From Marsupella aquatica (lineage: Eukaryota > Plantae > Marchantiophyta): a DNA stretch of 64,000 nucleotides. The notes under the pieces were generated by a model. That model was not told the DNA's origin and ran no database searches. It worked only from the letters and a program-made list of their open reading frames with translations. The position numbers were made by a program, and so were the translations under genes. Of the stretch, positions 1 through 12,913 are shown one piece after another; position 1 is the first letter of the stretch; each line of letters opens with the position of its first letter. The stretch lies in the NCBI GenBank assembly GCA_973895155.1, contig OZ316897.1:13081375-13145374 (forward strand), read 5' to 3'.

Positions 1-602
1 TAAAAACACGAAAATACTAATCCCAAGATAGATCTAAAATGTCTGTTGAACCGAAACACCAGCAAGACAACCACAATTGTGTCACCTTGCGTTTCAGTGC
101 AAAATAGACCGAAAATCTTTGAAGCAGTACTGGTGTTTGTCGGACCACTTACACTTGGAACTCTATGTATGCAGGAATGCAAACACCAGATTTCTGTTGT
201 AAAGTTCGCACATCCCTTGATGTTTAACCTAACATGTGATGTTTAACCTAACATGTCAAATGAAGATCAAACCCAAATATCCATTGATTGGTATTGGTTT
301 CACTCGACCTCTGAACCCTGAATGTCTTGATGCAGTCATCTTAAGAGGTAGATGTTAAAGCTGTCAGCCCCTACTTTGAAAGAACACTAAGCTCTGCAGC
401 AGGATATCAAGTTCGTTCAATCCTCTCCAGACTTCTTCCCTCTCACACAAGTAATCAGGAAATAAGTAAGGTATCCTACAGTTGCACAAGTTATTTGATC
501 GGAAGTGATTGCTCTCCATCATCACTTCAATCACCTTTATAAAATTGAGAGATGGATTCAGCAACTCACGAGCAGAGCAGATAGAAGTAAAGCCTCATCA
601 AT

Positions 603-868
603 CCGCTAGTCAGAATGATTGCAATGATCATTCTCATTGCAATCATTCTCACGAAGTGATAGAGCCGTAATTTTGCCACATGAAGCTCCGAGCTGAGAAA
701 CATTCGAGAATGTAGACAAACACGCACGCAACAGGAACTCCGCTAGTCCGACACGATTGCAATGGGCAGGATTCTCAAGAAGTGATTATTAGAACCCTAA
801 AGTTTCCACACGAAGCTCCCAGCTGAGAAACATTGGGAGAATATAGGTCAAAACGCATGCAACAGGAA
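603..868. repeat. Diverged ~137-bp tandem duplication (2 copies) downstream of NDUFB10
   Basis: CCGCTAGTC...GATTGCAATG...GAAGCTCC(G/C)AGCTGAGAAACATT...GCAACAGGAAC occurs at ~603 and ~740. Confidence 0.75.
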
Positions 869-1402
869 CACAGACAGACAGAGGATAGAAGCTCTTCCCC
901 GCGAGCATCAGTTATTAAATAGCACACAATCATATCTCATCTCTGACATTTGGATGGCACAATCTATCTATCAATCGAGAAGTTATATCTTCATTTGCAA
1001 GCTGGCCGACCATCTTATCCAACGTTCCCCAAACTTCCAATGACTCCCAACTCCTCGAAGAACTCTTCTCGCAACGGACCCACCTCGACAGACCGAGAAG
1101 AAGACACTCAATGTAATTCCCCCACAAACCGCTGCTTCTGCGGTTAAGTAAGCAGCCAAGCAAGTGTCCCACTGCCACTCTTTTATCTCGCTGGCAATTC
1201 TCAGCCCCTCCCCATAAACGTTACTGGAGCGAAACCCTAATCCCTCAATTAAGTCTCAACCCATCTTCCAAGAGGTAAACCAGTCCTCAGAACATCCAAA
1301 ATGAAGAAGAATGCGATTTTCCGATTCCAACGAAAGACATTGCAGCACCGAAGCTCTTCCCACAATGAGGAAAGCAAGAGACAGGCACTACCACTACTTC
1401 TA

Positions 1403-1696
1403 CTACTCGTCGTCAATGTTGTAGGTGGGTTTGGCGTCCTTGCCCCAGCCGACGTTCTTAATCGAGGCGAGGTAATTGCGCACAACAGGCCTGCACTTCT
1501 GGTAGTGGTTGACGCCCTCCCTCCGGTAGCAGGCCTTCACTCTGTCGCGCAGCTCCTTGGCGACCTCGATGGCCACGAGCTTCTCCCTCACGATGTACTC
1601 TCGCTGCTCCAGCATAGCCACGGGATCTGCGTAGGGATGCGCGGGGTCGAAGTCATCGGGCGGCGACTCGTCGAATTTCTGCCCCTTGTACACCAT
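1403..1696 (-). CDS. NDUFB10: NADH:ubiquinone oxidoreductase (complex I) subunit NDUFB10/PDSW, 97 aa, intronless
   Basis: FDESPPDDFDPAHPYADPVAMLEQREYIVREKLV...CYRREGVNHYQKC matches the plant PDSW/B10 family signature. Confidence 0.95.
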   Translation of the reverse strand: MVYKGQKFDESPPDDFDPAHPYADPVAMLEQREYIVREKLVAIEVAKELRDRVKACYRREGVNHYQKCRPVVRNYLASIKNVGWGKDAKPTYNIDDE

Positions 1697-1720
1697 TCTT
1701 CCTTGCCTTCCTCAATTCCG

Positions 1721-1822
1721 CTCGATCTTCACTCGATCCAATTTCGTTCCTCGGTACCTTCTCTTCCCTTGCTCAATCTTCACTCGATCAAATTTCGTTC
1801 CTCGGTTCCTTCTCTTCCCTTC
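1721..1822. repeat. 51-bp tandem duplication in NDUFB10 5' leader
   Basis: CTC(G/A)ATCTTCACTCGATC(C/A)AATTTCGTTCCTCGGT(A/T)CCTTCTCTTCCCTT x2. Confidence 0.85.
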
Positions 1823-2173
1823 GCTTCGCTTCGCATTCACCCACCAAACGACTGACTTCAGAGATCCTGAAGGTCACGAAATGGATCTGCCTTTATGGAA
1901 ACAATTCGGAGAGAATTGAATGATGAAACGAGACCTCTTGATGCTCTGAGCTGAGAATCTTTCAAGGTTTTTCTTTTGGACACTGATTTCTTTTATACTA
2001 TTGGACCCAGCTGAGTTGTTTTAAAGGATTGAGAGGGATGGCCCCCCAAAATGAAATGTGTTACTTGATAGTACCCCTCTAGTTTTGAGTACCTTGATTC
2101 AAGGTCTATCAACGTCAATCAATACTTTGGATTACTCAATCAATGGTGTGTATCACTCAGGGGTCCTATCAAA

Positions 2174-2311
2174 TAACACTTTTCATTTTAATGTCCCATC
2201 AAGCAAGCAAATACCTCTAAGTTGAGAACTACTCTCCTACTAGTAACACTTTTCATTTTAATGTCCCATCAAGCAAGCAAATACCTCTAAGTTGTGAACT
2301 ACTCTGCTACT
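2174..2311. repeat. 70-bp near-perfect tandem duplication
   Basis: TAACACTTTTCATTTTAATGTCCCATCAAGCAAGCAAATACCTCTAAGTTG... at 2174 and 2244. Confidence 0.9.
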
Positions 2312-2319
2312 GGAAAGAG

Positions 2320-2960
2320 TAGGGGAAGTCATCCCCACTCTGGGATAATGGGGACAACTGGCCGTAAACTCAGGAGGGCGTTTATAGCCTTTGGAGCTTA
2401 CAGCCCATCTTACGAATAATAAATTGTGATGAGAAACAAGAGTTGGGTCTGCCTTCTAGAGTGGAGCCTCTAGACCGTGACTCTGGGGGCCCACCCAAAT
2501 TTATGTGGATGAAAATAACCATGGGATGTTATGATAATTAATATGCATAATGATTTTTGTCATTGTTTCTATTATGATTCGAAGAATGGGCATTCAGGCT
2601 TCATTATTGTCAAGTGGGGATGAGTTACGGAGTGTAAGCCCCCAAGTGAATTTTTGAAACATTCAGATTTGGGAATTCACTGCCTTACTAGAATGAGTAG
2701 GTTACTCATCGTCACTTGGGGGTAATGGGCCATAAACTCCTGAGGGGCAGCTAGCCTTGAGGTTTACAGCCACCTCCTTCCGGAGAATACAGCCCATTGC
2801 CCCATTGTTGGAAGTTTTCAGCCTATTATCTTCAAGTGGGGATGAGCTGGCCTTAGAATTTACAGCCTTAGCCCTCCAGATCTATTATCCTGGAGTGGGA
2901 ATGAGTTATCAACACTAAGCCCCCAAGTGAATTTTTGAAACATTCAAATTTGGGAATTCC
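2320..2960. repeat. Degenerate repeat cluster with direct and inverted copies of an ATTAT..(C/G)AAGTGGGGATGAG motif; probable decayed non-autonomous TE
   Basis: AAGTGGGGATGAGTTA...AAGCCCCCAAGTGAATTTTTGAAACATTCA(G/A)ATTTGGGAATTC at ~2612 and ~2895; reverse-complement copies (TCATCCCCACT) at ~2329 and ~2707. Confidence 0.6.
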
Positions 2961-4135
2961 CAGGCCAGGCTGGTCCAGGTTCGGCGGGGCCATGGGGTTA
3001 TGCCACAAAACCTGAAACCAATCAACAGAGAAACACTCACAACGGGGTTTGGGGTGGTGGTATTACTCTGTTGAGTCAGTACTTAATCCCAACTACCCCA
3101 ACCCAATGTGTTCAAAGATTTGTTGGTCCTCTCTCACTGGGAATTGGGAGGGTTGATGTGGGCCACTTTGGCCCTACATTCAATCTGGTGGGAGAAAATT
3201 GGCGAAGGACTGCATGCATGGATTTATGGACCTACGTTCTGTAAAAGATTAAATCCAAAATGTACCCATATGGGGACAGCCTAAGGTCATTTAAAGTGGG
3301 TTTTCATAAAAACCAGAGCCTTGTGGAGGAGTTGCTCCAGCCATGAATCCACTACACCAATGGCCAACACAATTTTGTGTTGGCCATTCGTGTAAGTGGA
3401 TTCATTGTGTTTATCTGTAGTTCTGAACTGGGAGTGCAAACGCCTGAAGTATACTGTATGTCTTAGCTTTGGTTTCCAATGGTCCAAGTGGGGTATATAT
3501 GCTTGATGAAGTTTTGGAGTGGGCACCTGAAGTGAGACAGATTGTAGGTCTGATGGAGCTTTTGGAGTGGATGTCTGAAATGTCCATTGCCTTTCATATG
3601 CCCGAGCGGGTGGGAGAGAAAGAATTTCGTATCCAAGGCTTCTAAGTGGAGAATTCAGAACATCCCGTTCCTTGGGCTTGTTAGTAGTGGTCGACCATTT
3701 GGAGTGGTCTAGGAACAACCTCTTGTGCAATTCGATGGCCTCAAGTAAAGATGCAATAATGCTTCACGACTTTTATGAAGGCAGGAATTTGAATGTGTGG
3801 CAGGAATATTCTTACAGAGCAAATGGACTAAGAATTTGTCACCAACATGAGTGCTACAAACGATAGGGAAGAAATGGGGCCCGAATCATTGCACCTAGGA
3901 AGATCCCCTCTTTTCCAGAAGCAAAACACACACGTCAAGACTTGAGTGGATGCCTAAGCTATCTTAACCAGCCTTTCATTCACAAGCTAGACGATTAAGT
4001 CATGAAGAACATTGCTCCACCAGACGTTACCTAGGCCAAACGCATTACCCGACCTTCTATTTTCAGCATTGGTGCACATGATGTCGAAGTTAAATCTCGT
4101 CAATTATTTCCATACATCTACCCTACAAAAATGAA

Positions 4136-7100
4136 TCACGACAGTGGAGCAGGGGGCCTGCGCATGCTCAGCTCGTGCCTGATCTTTGGCAGACCATCAA
4201 GTTTCAGATGAAGTTGCAACAACTCCTGTCCAAATCAGAGCAGAGAAATCAGAGAACAATGAATAACGTACTCCGATGAAATGAACAACCAAAGAAAAAC
4301 CAATTATTACCATAAATTGAAACTAGAGGGATGAGGTCGTACCTCCGCAGCACTGCGAGCTCGTTCCAGAATGTCCCCATCCTTCTCTAGTCGTGCAATG
4401 TTGAATTCAGGAAGGTAACCTGATTGTCTTTTGCCCAACACGTCCCCAGGACCTCTTTGCTGCAGGTCTATTTCCGCCAAATAGAACCCATCTCTTGAGG
4501 TCTCTAATAACTTCAATCGTGCCAGTGAAGCTGGCCTCGACCCAAGTAGAATACATGATGACGGTCTGGTGCCTCGCCCCACACGCCCTCTCAACTGATG
4601 CAGTTGAGCCATCCCATATCGCTCGGCATGCTCTATAACTATCATGGATGCCTCAGGGATGTCAATCCCTACCTCGATGACAGTTGTGGAAACTAGAACT
4701 TGTGTCTCCCCAGACTTGAATCGCTCCATTGCCTCATCTTTGTCTTGAGTACGCATGCGACCATGAACTAAGCCAAACTTGAACTCTTTGAAATCAACTT
4801 CAAGATTCTTGAACTCTGTCTCTGCAGCTCGAACATCCGGAATTTCCTCTGATTCATCAATGACAGGGAAGATCACGAAGACTCGCCCACCACTCTCCAG
4901 TTCCTTTCGAACTCTCTGCGTAACAATTTCAGGAAAGGTGAGAGAAGCTTACGCATACCCAGGACCGCATGTAGATTCTTCAGCTCGTCAAACAATTTTT
5001 TTAAATGAATAGGAACATGACGACTAAGAGTCTCCACAGCAGACGTAATAGTATAATAGTTCGGACAGCTGAACTAAAGAAATAATGAGATCTCCTTTGA
5101 CTTCCAAACCATCTTCTAATAATCTCACAACTTAAAAATTTCACATCCTAAAGAGCCACTGTTGACAGCGAAAGATTGATGGTAATTGGCATTCCACAGA
5201 GCGGGCAAGGAAAATCTGTGACCTTATACACTGCTTGACGTCCTTTCTTGTCTCCGTAGATTGCATGCGTGGCAGTTTCAGGTCGTCCAGGGGGTAGTTC
5301 TGTAATCTGCAAGGTTGAGAGATGCAACTTCTCAGGAGGCGAAGTTTCTTGGGTGTCTCAAAGTTCAACACAAAATTCGTATATAACTTTTCATAGCAAA
5401 AAGAGATTTCAAGTTACTTGTCAGTCATTTCAGAGTGGACAGGTAAGTCCAAGGGCACGACTGCAAAATACCATGAACTTTGACCGCCCAGCCATTTAGT
5501 GTGCCGTATGTGAACATAGTAACGACTGAATGTCCCTTACAAAAGTGACAACAATCTTGGTAATAATATACAAACACAAACCTGACTCAAGCTCATGTCT
5601 CCATGCATAGCCAACGCTAATGTTCGTGGAATTGGAGTGGCTGACATTGCAAGTATATGGGGCGCCCCCAAGGGAATTGCTTCCGGAACGTCGCCATCTT
5701 CACTGCTCTCAACATCTGATATTTGAACTGCATCTCTAACCTGGATTCAAGTCACTTGTCAGGCTACAGCTGAAATGTCGAAGCGCATAAGCTAAGGTGA
5801 GTGCTAAACTGATATACGATCATATCGGCTTGGAATTCTTTCTAAAACCTCTGGAAGGTACACGAGCACAGAGCAACTCTCAAAGACCACAGGTGCTAAA
5901 ACGTGAAATGTAGAATTTAAACAGCCCGTCCAGAGTATTACCATATCAGAAGTACTATTTGAAACATCCACTCATGTCAAGGGCTACAGGACCAAACCTC
6001 AAGCCTGCGAAACACAAATTTGTAATCACTCCTGCCTTTCTAAGTCTCAAAGATGCCTCATGAGTCTCACCTTGCTGTTAAGGCGTCCGCGTTGGGCAAC
6101 ACCAAATCGATGTTGCTCATCAATCACAGCTAGTCTTAGTGCGGAAAACTTTACACTGTCAGATGTCAGGCTGTGCGTCCCAACTGCCAGCGCTATCTCC
6201 CCTGAATTAAATCCCTGCAACATGCTCCCCAGTATTAACATATACATCAACATCCAGGTGGACTGACTTGAGTTTACCTTAATGATAAAGTACACCCAAA
6301 GCAGCCAATGAACCGGCTAAGTACTTTCATCCATAAAACTTCTTGAATTACTAAAGATGCAGCCTTACTCTTCGTATCGCCCGAGCCTTGCTTACAGGAG
6401 TAGATCCTGTAAGCAAAGCCACTGTTGGTCTTTCAGCTTCCTCCAGGTTCTCGAACCAGGACGTAATCCTCTGGTAATGCTGAATGGCCAAAAACTCTGT
6501 GGGGGCCATCAAAGCTCCCTACAATTGAAAACAGTGATGTCACCAAACCATGCTTCGTACAAGACGCAAAGATTTTGAAGAACGTTCTGTTACATCATTG
6601 ATATTTCTGAAGAGTTCAAACACTCGATCCATCAACACAATCGAGGATGGATGTTTAATGATGCCTGCATCAAAGAACTCAGTTTCCCATACTATCATAA
6701 TACCGACATTGTTTCAATAGCAAAAACGAGCATGAAATTGGATCGTCTTCACTTATAATTCCATAAAAATCTGTAAGGAAGGGATCAGGCTTTGAGATAA
6801 CGGTTTTACAGAGTTCCTGACGGTGCACTTACATTCTTTACAAAGTCATGTAACGAATGATGGAAAAGAATTGATGGTTTACCTGATAGCCTGCATCGAG
6901 AACCTCTAAGAGGGCAAGGAGAGCTACTATTGTTTTACCACAACCAACGTCGCCCTGCAAACAGAGGCAACGGTTCTCTCAGAGATTCGTGACTGAAGAT
7001 TATACAGGTTACATGTTCCGGATCATGAGCAAAAAACCAATCAAGAAGGAAAGAGGAAATTATCACTCTTTTCAGCCTCTTCACCTGCAAAAGCCGACTC

Positions 7101-10100
7101 ATTGGTATCGGCCTGCGAAGATCCCAGATCACTTCACCTGTTGCTTTTATCTGGGATTCTGTCAGAGAGTAAGGTAGGGTTTTCAGGAGCTTCAATGTTA
7201 AGGGCGACCACTGTTTCATATCCAACACTCCTCCTTGCAGCAAAGCCGACATATCAACTGTTCCCGGAGCAGGACTACATTTCTCCGCTAGTTCTTGCCT
7301 TTGTAGAAGCATTCCCAGCTGCGAGCCAGGACCACAGTTAGCATAACCTAGACAGGTTTTCATTCAACCTGAGATATGTCCATCAAGTAATTCCGCATTG
7401 AAGCCGAGATGAAACAGGGTATTTAGACAGCTCAAACTGACAGGAGCCCAGATATCCTAAGAAGATCTGGAATGCAAGCCTGTGTGCCCCGAGAGGTTCC
7501 AGAACAAAACCGAACTGCAGAAGACCCCATACTGATCGTAAACAGACCGTCGTAAATTCAGTAAACTGACTATTGACCAAATAAGTCAAACAAAAATAAA
7601 ACTACTACCTCCTATAAAGAATAGAGTAGTCTACGTTTTAAGTCTACCACTCTTGTTCATTTTATGTCAATGCGAATACCTGCAGATAGAAGAACTCGTC
7701 AAAAACAAGCCTTTGGCGAGCCACCTCAGCGTCGTTTGTTTGATTTGGAGAATGAATTCCTTTGTAAGCCTGACAATTTGCAATGATTTCATGACCTCAT
7801 TGTCAGACTCTAAAATCTTATTCAGAGTAAGATAGATTCTCGAGAGACGGTCATGCCACACTGATTACTTGGAGGGACCTTCAAAGAAACTAACACCTTA
7901 TGTCAAAAGAAATTACTTGAGAAAAGGAAAGGACTATTTGTTCTATGTCCATTTTAGATGAGATTTAAGTTTTCAAGTCTTCAATTTATTGTTCAGGTGC
8001 TCAATCCAAATTTTGATACCTTAGACCTAGAAGGAACATGCGTCATCGAGGCTGTGCAATACATGCACTAAACAAAAAGTGCAACCCTCTATCAGACAAA
8101 CTACAAACAATCCTATATCCATCAAGTCTAAAACCTCTTCAAAAGCGATGTAGTAGAATATGCTGGTCTTTAATCTTTGCACACAATATTGTTGGCTCTT
8201 CCAGCACAAACAGCGCAGCACATATTCAGCCTACCTCATGTAGTTCCTGAATCTGAAACTGTTCACGGAAAGACCTTGGAATTGGATCAAGCTCCCCACT
8301 TAGCAGAGGCAAGAGTCTGTCCATCAAGGCAAATACCTCTTAGCGATTGTTGCTGAGAATTCCTATACCAATTGGCACATAGACAACTTCCTTGATAAGC
8401 GTAGAACAATGTGGCTGTTCAATTACTTGCAAATTCTTACCTTTGAATGCAGAACTCGATAGTTTTCGGCTGCAAGCTGCCTTTTCCCGGATATACAGGG
8501 TAGGGCTTCCCACCAGAGAGAAGTTGTGGATCACTGACTATGCCTGATTCCTCTCTAGTAGCACCATCCCATAGCTCAATATTAAACTCCCGAATCTCGA
8601 AGTGATCAGGCTGTGGCAATTGTTTCACCTGCAATCAACACGCAATGAGCAACCCACGTTTGATTCAACATATCTCAACGAGCCAGATCACCACAAACTT
8701 ATCCAAAAGGTTTACTCTATCTATCCTACTAAAGCTTCTCAAATTGCATTAGCTATTCTCGGCACGAAAGCTGAACCACAAAATTTGGTCAAACTCCTGT
8801 TGTAGACACATGCAGGCATGTTCAAAGCACTAGAAGGAGTCCTCAGAAAGAACATATCTTCAAAATGGACACATACATGGCATCACGTAGTGACCAAAAA
8901 CACACCTTTCCACACACGGTAACTTGTGAGTTCTCCGGATACTTGCTTGCTATTGCGTTCAGAAACCCGGGATTTGAATACCGAGACCCTTTGAAAAATC
9001 TTTTTAGGTGAAGAAAAACTGTTCTTCCCATCCCGCCCCTTCCAATGTCTTCATGTTGCAAACCTTCCATCGCTGATGTTGCATCGTCCAAGTCAAATTC
9101 ATCAACCTCACTCTTGACAATTACTTCTACCAATCCCAAACTGAAGCCTCGCGATAAGCCTCTGCAAAGCAATGTACTAGGTAATCAGTATCCATATCGT
9201 CCGGATCCTGGATTCTTACTAAAATATCCATGCCAGAGCAAGTGTAAACACGGATCTTTTCAGAACATGTGACTTGCGAAACCATTCAGTTTAAATTCTT
9301 CATACATTGCAATCCATTAACTGTACCCCTCGAAGGCCATCTCCGGAAAATTCTGGAAGCTTGGCAATAAAAAAGCACTAGGAAAATCTCATGCGTGAAG
9401 GTTGACATGGTATAAAGCAACGGGGGTGGGCAATGGCAGAAGGTGTGACCTTGATTGGATGATGGTTCCCACAAAACTAAGATTTTGCCCATCCTCCACC
9501 ATTTGTCCAGCCTGCTGAAAATTTTGATACATCCGTGGAAAATGTTGCAAGAGCAGGCGCATCTGCCATTGTCATGGCCAGTTAGTTAGGCATTAAAATC
9601 TTAGATATCCAATATGATAGCACAATTTGCCCTCAATACTGTTTGGCTTCTGAGGACATTGACTGCAGAAGAGGTTCAAACAGTTACCGTGTTGAAGCCG
9701 TTTTCTTCAAGGCGGTCACGGTTGGGAGCAGAGAGGCTCTTCACAGCAGATATGGGCGTATCCAATCCCCAATTCTCGTCAATAACAAAAGCCTTGGACG
9801 AGGCTTTAGGGATTAAGTCATGCTTGGTTTTAGATGTATTGGTCACACTGACAACAGATCTCGCTAATCTACTTCTCGTCTTTTTAGCTGGCTGTACAGT
9901 AACGGGTTGGCTCTCCTGCAGTGGCACACTCGCTGGTTTCTCAACTAGCATAGATTGGAAAGTCTCGGAAACCTCCAGGTGTACCATTGTTTCTTTCTGT
10001 TGCACATCTTTGGAACTGGCAGATAAGTCCATATCCATTTGCCTACGCGACCTCGTCTCAGACGTAGAATTCTCAGGGATGTCAGGGTCCACCACCGAAG

Positions 10101-12521
10101 CAGCGGCCGAAGCGCTTTTCACAATTCGATCTGGTAGTATGATAGGATCACTGCTCCCATACTTTATTCCTCGAACCTGTCTAAGAATCGTTTTCGGCTT
10201 GGTATCCATTTGAAACTTAGCTTGAGGAAGCTTCTCTGAAAGTCCCCCACTTCGAAAACTTCCCTTGACCAAGCTGCTATCGCTGCTCTGTACATCTTTA
10301 TTTTCAGTTCTACGTAGCAGACCTTCACTAGCCTCCACTGCTGCAGTACCATGGGCAGTTAAGTCTAGAAGACTATTAAAACCCAAGCTTTCAGCAACCT
10401 ATTGAACAAGATTCACAACAACCATTCAGACGGCTTGCAAAGAGATGATAATTCCCGCTGAATCAACATTCTAGCTTTCTTCTTTTCAACATTACTCACA
10501 TGTTCTACCATGTGAGCATAATTGGATATTACAATGGTACTAGACAGATGCAAGAAGAGCCAACCCTTGAAATTTAACTCTCACAAAAGGCAGAGCTAGG
10601 AGGAGAAAACCTCCATAACGGCCAAACAGAGAAAACAATTAAGTCTAACCTTATTAAGAAGGGCAAGGCGCTGCCTCTTCCCCATCTGGTCATATTGCTT
10701 TGTCGCCTCTGACAACATTTGAAAGAGTTTTCGGGATTCCGAACTCACACCGAGAGTGTCATTTTCTGCTTGAGCAGTGACCTGCTCCAGTAAAAAGTCG
10801 TCAAACCTGGAGCATTATGAACATAATTGCAACATTATTTTTTCCGCAGGCCTGCAAAATGAACGAGGAAGAATTTGGAAATTTACGAGAGAGGGTGCCA
10901 AGGATAGGAGGAGTCACAAGGAACCCATTAATACGCCACAAAAGTACCATAGGTGAATGAAGCTACCATAGAGTCCACATTCTTGGGAGGGGAAGAACAT
11001 CCCAAAATAAGTATAAATGGAACACCTCATCTAAAATTTGGAATCTCGATTCCAGATTTGGCCAAAGAGCCCTAACCTGCCCGCCCGAGAGAGAGTAGTT
11101 GGTTTGAAAAAGGTAGGAAGGAATTGGGATTTCGAGATTTCATCAAGGAAAACTCACCGTTTGGTCTTCCCAACGACATTTATGCATCCTCTTTGAGTCT
11201 CATAAATTATGGACCTAATTAGTACTTCACTACTGGTTGCCTGCAACAAACAAATTCGTGGAAGTGTGAATAGTCATACACAATATACCAGGAAGACCAC
11301 ACAAGTCTGCCTTCTCCTTCCGAGTTATATATCAGTATTTATTGATGAAGGCAAAATTAGGTCATTATTAGCAGACAGTACATTCCATCGTTCAAAAGTG
11401 CCTTCATGTGTATGCTGCGTTATGGGCAACAAGTCTTTTCGCCCAGCGTTGCCAAAGGGCATCTGCTCCAGTGTGTAAGAAGAACAGGGAGCAGGAGACT
11501 TACTGCTAAAGGTTTCTCCCCAGAAAATTTCATAAGTGAGGATTCAGCCATGCTAGCATATTTTGCAGGAGCACTATCCATCCAACCTTCTGCACATACA
11601 TGAGAATAGTCCTCTGAATTCAGTGGTACAGTTATAAGCGTTCTCACTTCCAATCTGAAATTGACCTCATCCAGGGGAAAGACTAAAAAGTGACAGACAG
11701 GAACGCTTATTTTGCAGGCCAATTTCTTCCACAGCATATAGCCTTTAAGGACCGCTGTTGATTGCGCGTAAAACTTTTCTCAATTGACGCCTTCGATTTT
11801 GAGAGAAGGAATAAAGAGGACGTGTTGTACGGATGGTAAGAGGCCCTCGGGTGATTATTCACAGTCGATAAATGACCGCAAGAAGCAGGCATTTCTTAAT
11901 GAATTCCGTTTAATGCAGCTCGTCCGAGAAGGTTAACAAGGATTTACCTGCCGACTGTAATTGCCGAGAGAAGACGGGCAGTTTAATATCATTGGCCTCT
12001 ATTTGACTTCGACTGATATACTCAATGCAACATAGAATAAAATAAATTGCCGATAGATATCCAGCTAAAATAGTTCGCCCACAAGTTTTGCAGTCGTGGA
12101 CCTTAAGCTAATATCTTCGAAAAAATTGCTTTTGAAAAACTCGCCCAAACTTTATTCCAACTCTTCAGCCGATTTGACAAATTGACGGGATCATTGAATT
12201 TCAAGTAAAAGAAATTGCTAAACGACCTGAGTATATCCCGCCCGTCGAGCGTCTATATGATGATGGACCACCAGCATTATTATAATTGTTGATGTCATGC
12301 TTGCGAGAACGACCACTGATGATCAGGCCAGAGTTATATGTCCAAGTAAATTTCCCCCTTGAATGAAGGTTGCGGTCCTTGTGGGAAATAAAAGGCCTCC
12401 ACTTGACAATATGGGCACCAACAAAGTCAAGATGTTCTGGTACAGAACGAAGGACACGCCTCCCATCACGAGCACAAAACGCCGTGGGTGACACTACAAG
12501 CATTGCCATCCTCCGCAGCAT
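4136..12521 (-). CDS. RECG: Organelle-targeted RecG DNA helicase/translocase (RECG1-like). Exons (high to low): 12227-12521?, [11948-12000?], 11504-11754?, 11158-11240, 10650-10806, 9688-10398, 9450-9562, 8906-9161, 8441-8628, 8235-8316, 7680-7769, 7085-7318, 6883-6954, 6369-6518, 6071-6214, 5582-5740, 5223-5306, 4343-4915, 4136-4225
   Basis: RecG motifs: GDVGCGKT (Walker A), MAPTEFLAIQH, DEQHRFGV, MSATPIPRTLA, STTVIEVGIDIP, QLHQLRGRVGRG, RGPGDVLGKRQSG; GT-AG sites keep frame throughout. N-terminal exons (>11240) are less certain; the 12521 ATG ORF is Arg/Ser-rich and transit-peptide-like. Confidence 0.93.
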
Positions 12522-12913
12522 CTTCCAGTATCATAGGGGAGATCCGGTCGTCATATCTGAAGAAACTGAAAAGTTGTCAAACTTCAACACTGCAGCCCAA
12601 ATGGGAGATTCAGGTTACATTGAAGTTAATTATATTGCAACAATTAATACTAAATTGCAAATAATCGGGGTTCGTGCAAAAGTCACAGTTACAACTTGAA
12701 CACTACCAGAATCAGCTTCAAATAAACCGAAAGCATCTGGAAAAAGTCATCAGCATGGCGCTTTTAACGTCTCCCAAATTCGAGCGGACACTACATTACA
12801 AACGCACGTTGCAGTGGAAACAGGTCATGTTTCTAGCGAATTCGAACTACCTGGAGCCAGCTATAGTACTCGAGTTGGATCAGAGAAGTCGACCCCTCTG
12901 TTGGTTTGAGTGA

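Noticed and set aside
1301-1855. 184-aa + strand ORF
   Set aside because: Antisense shadow of NDUFB10 and its repetitive leader
3287-3730. 147-aa minus-strand ORF, possibly a LINE ORF2 remnant
   Set aside because: No ATG start or diagnostic motif; cannot support a call
9614-10213. 199-aa + strand ORF
   Set aside because: Antisense to the large RECG exon
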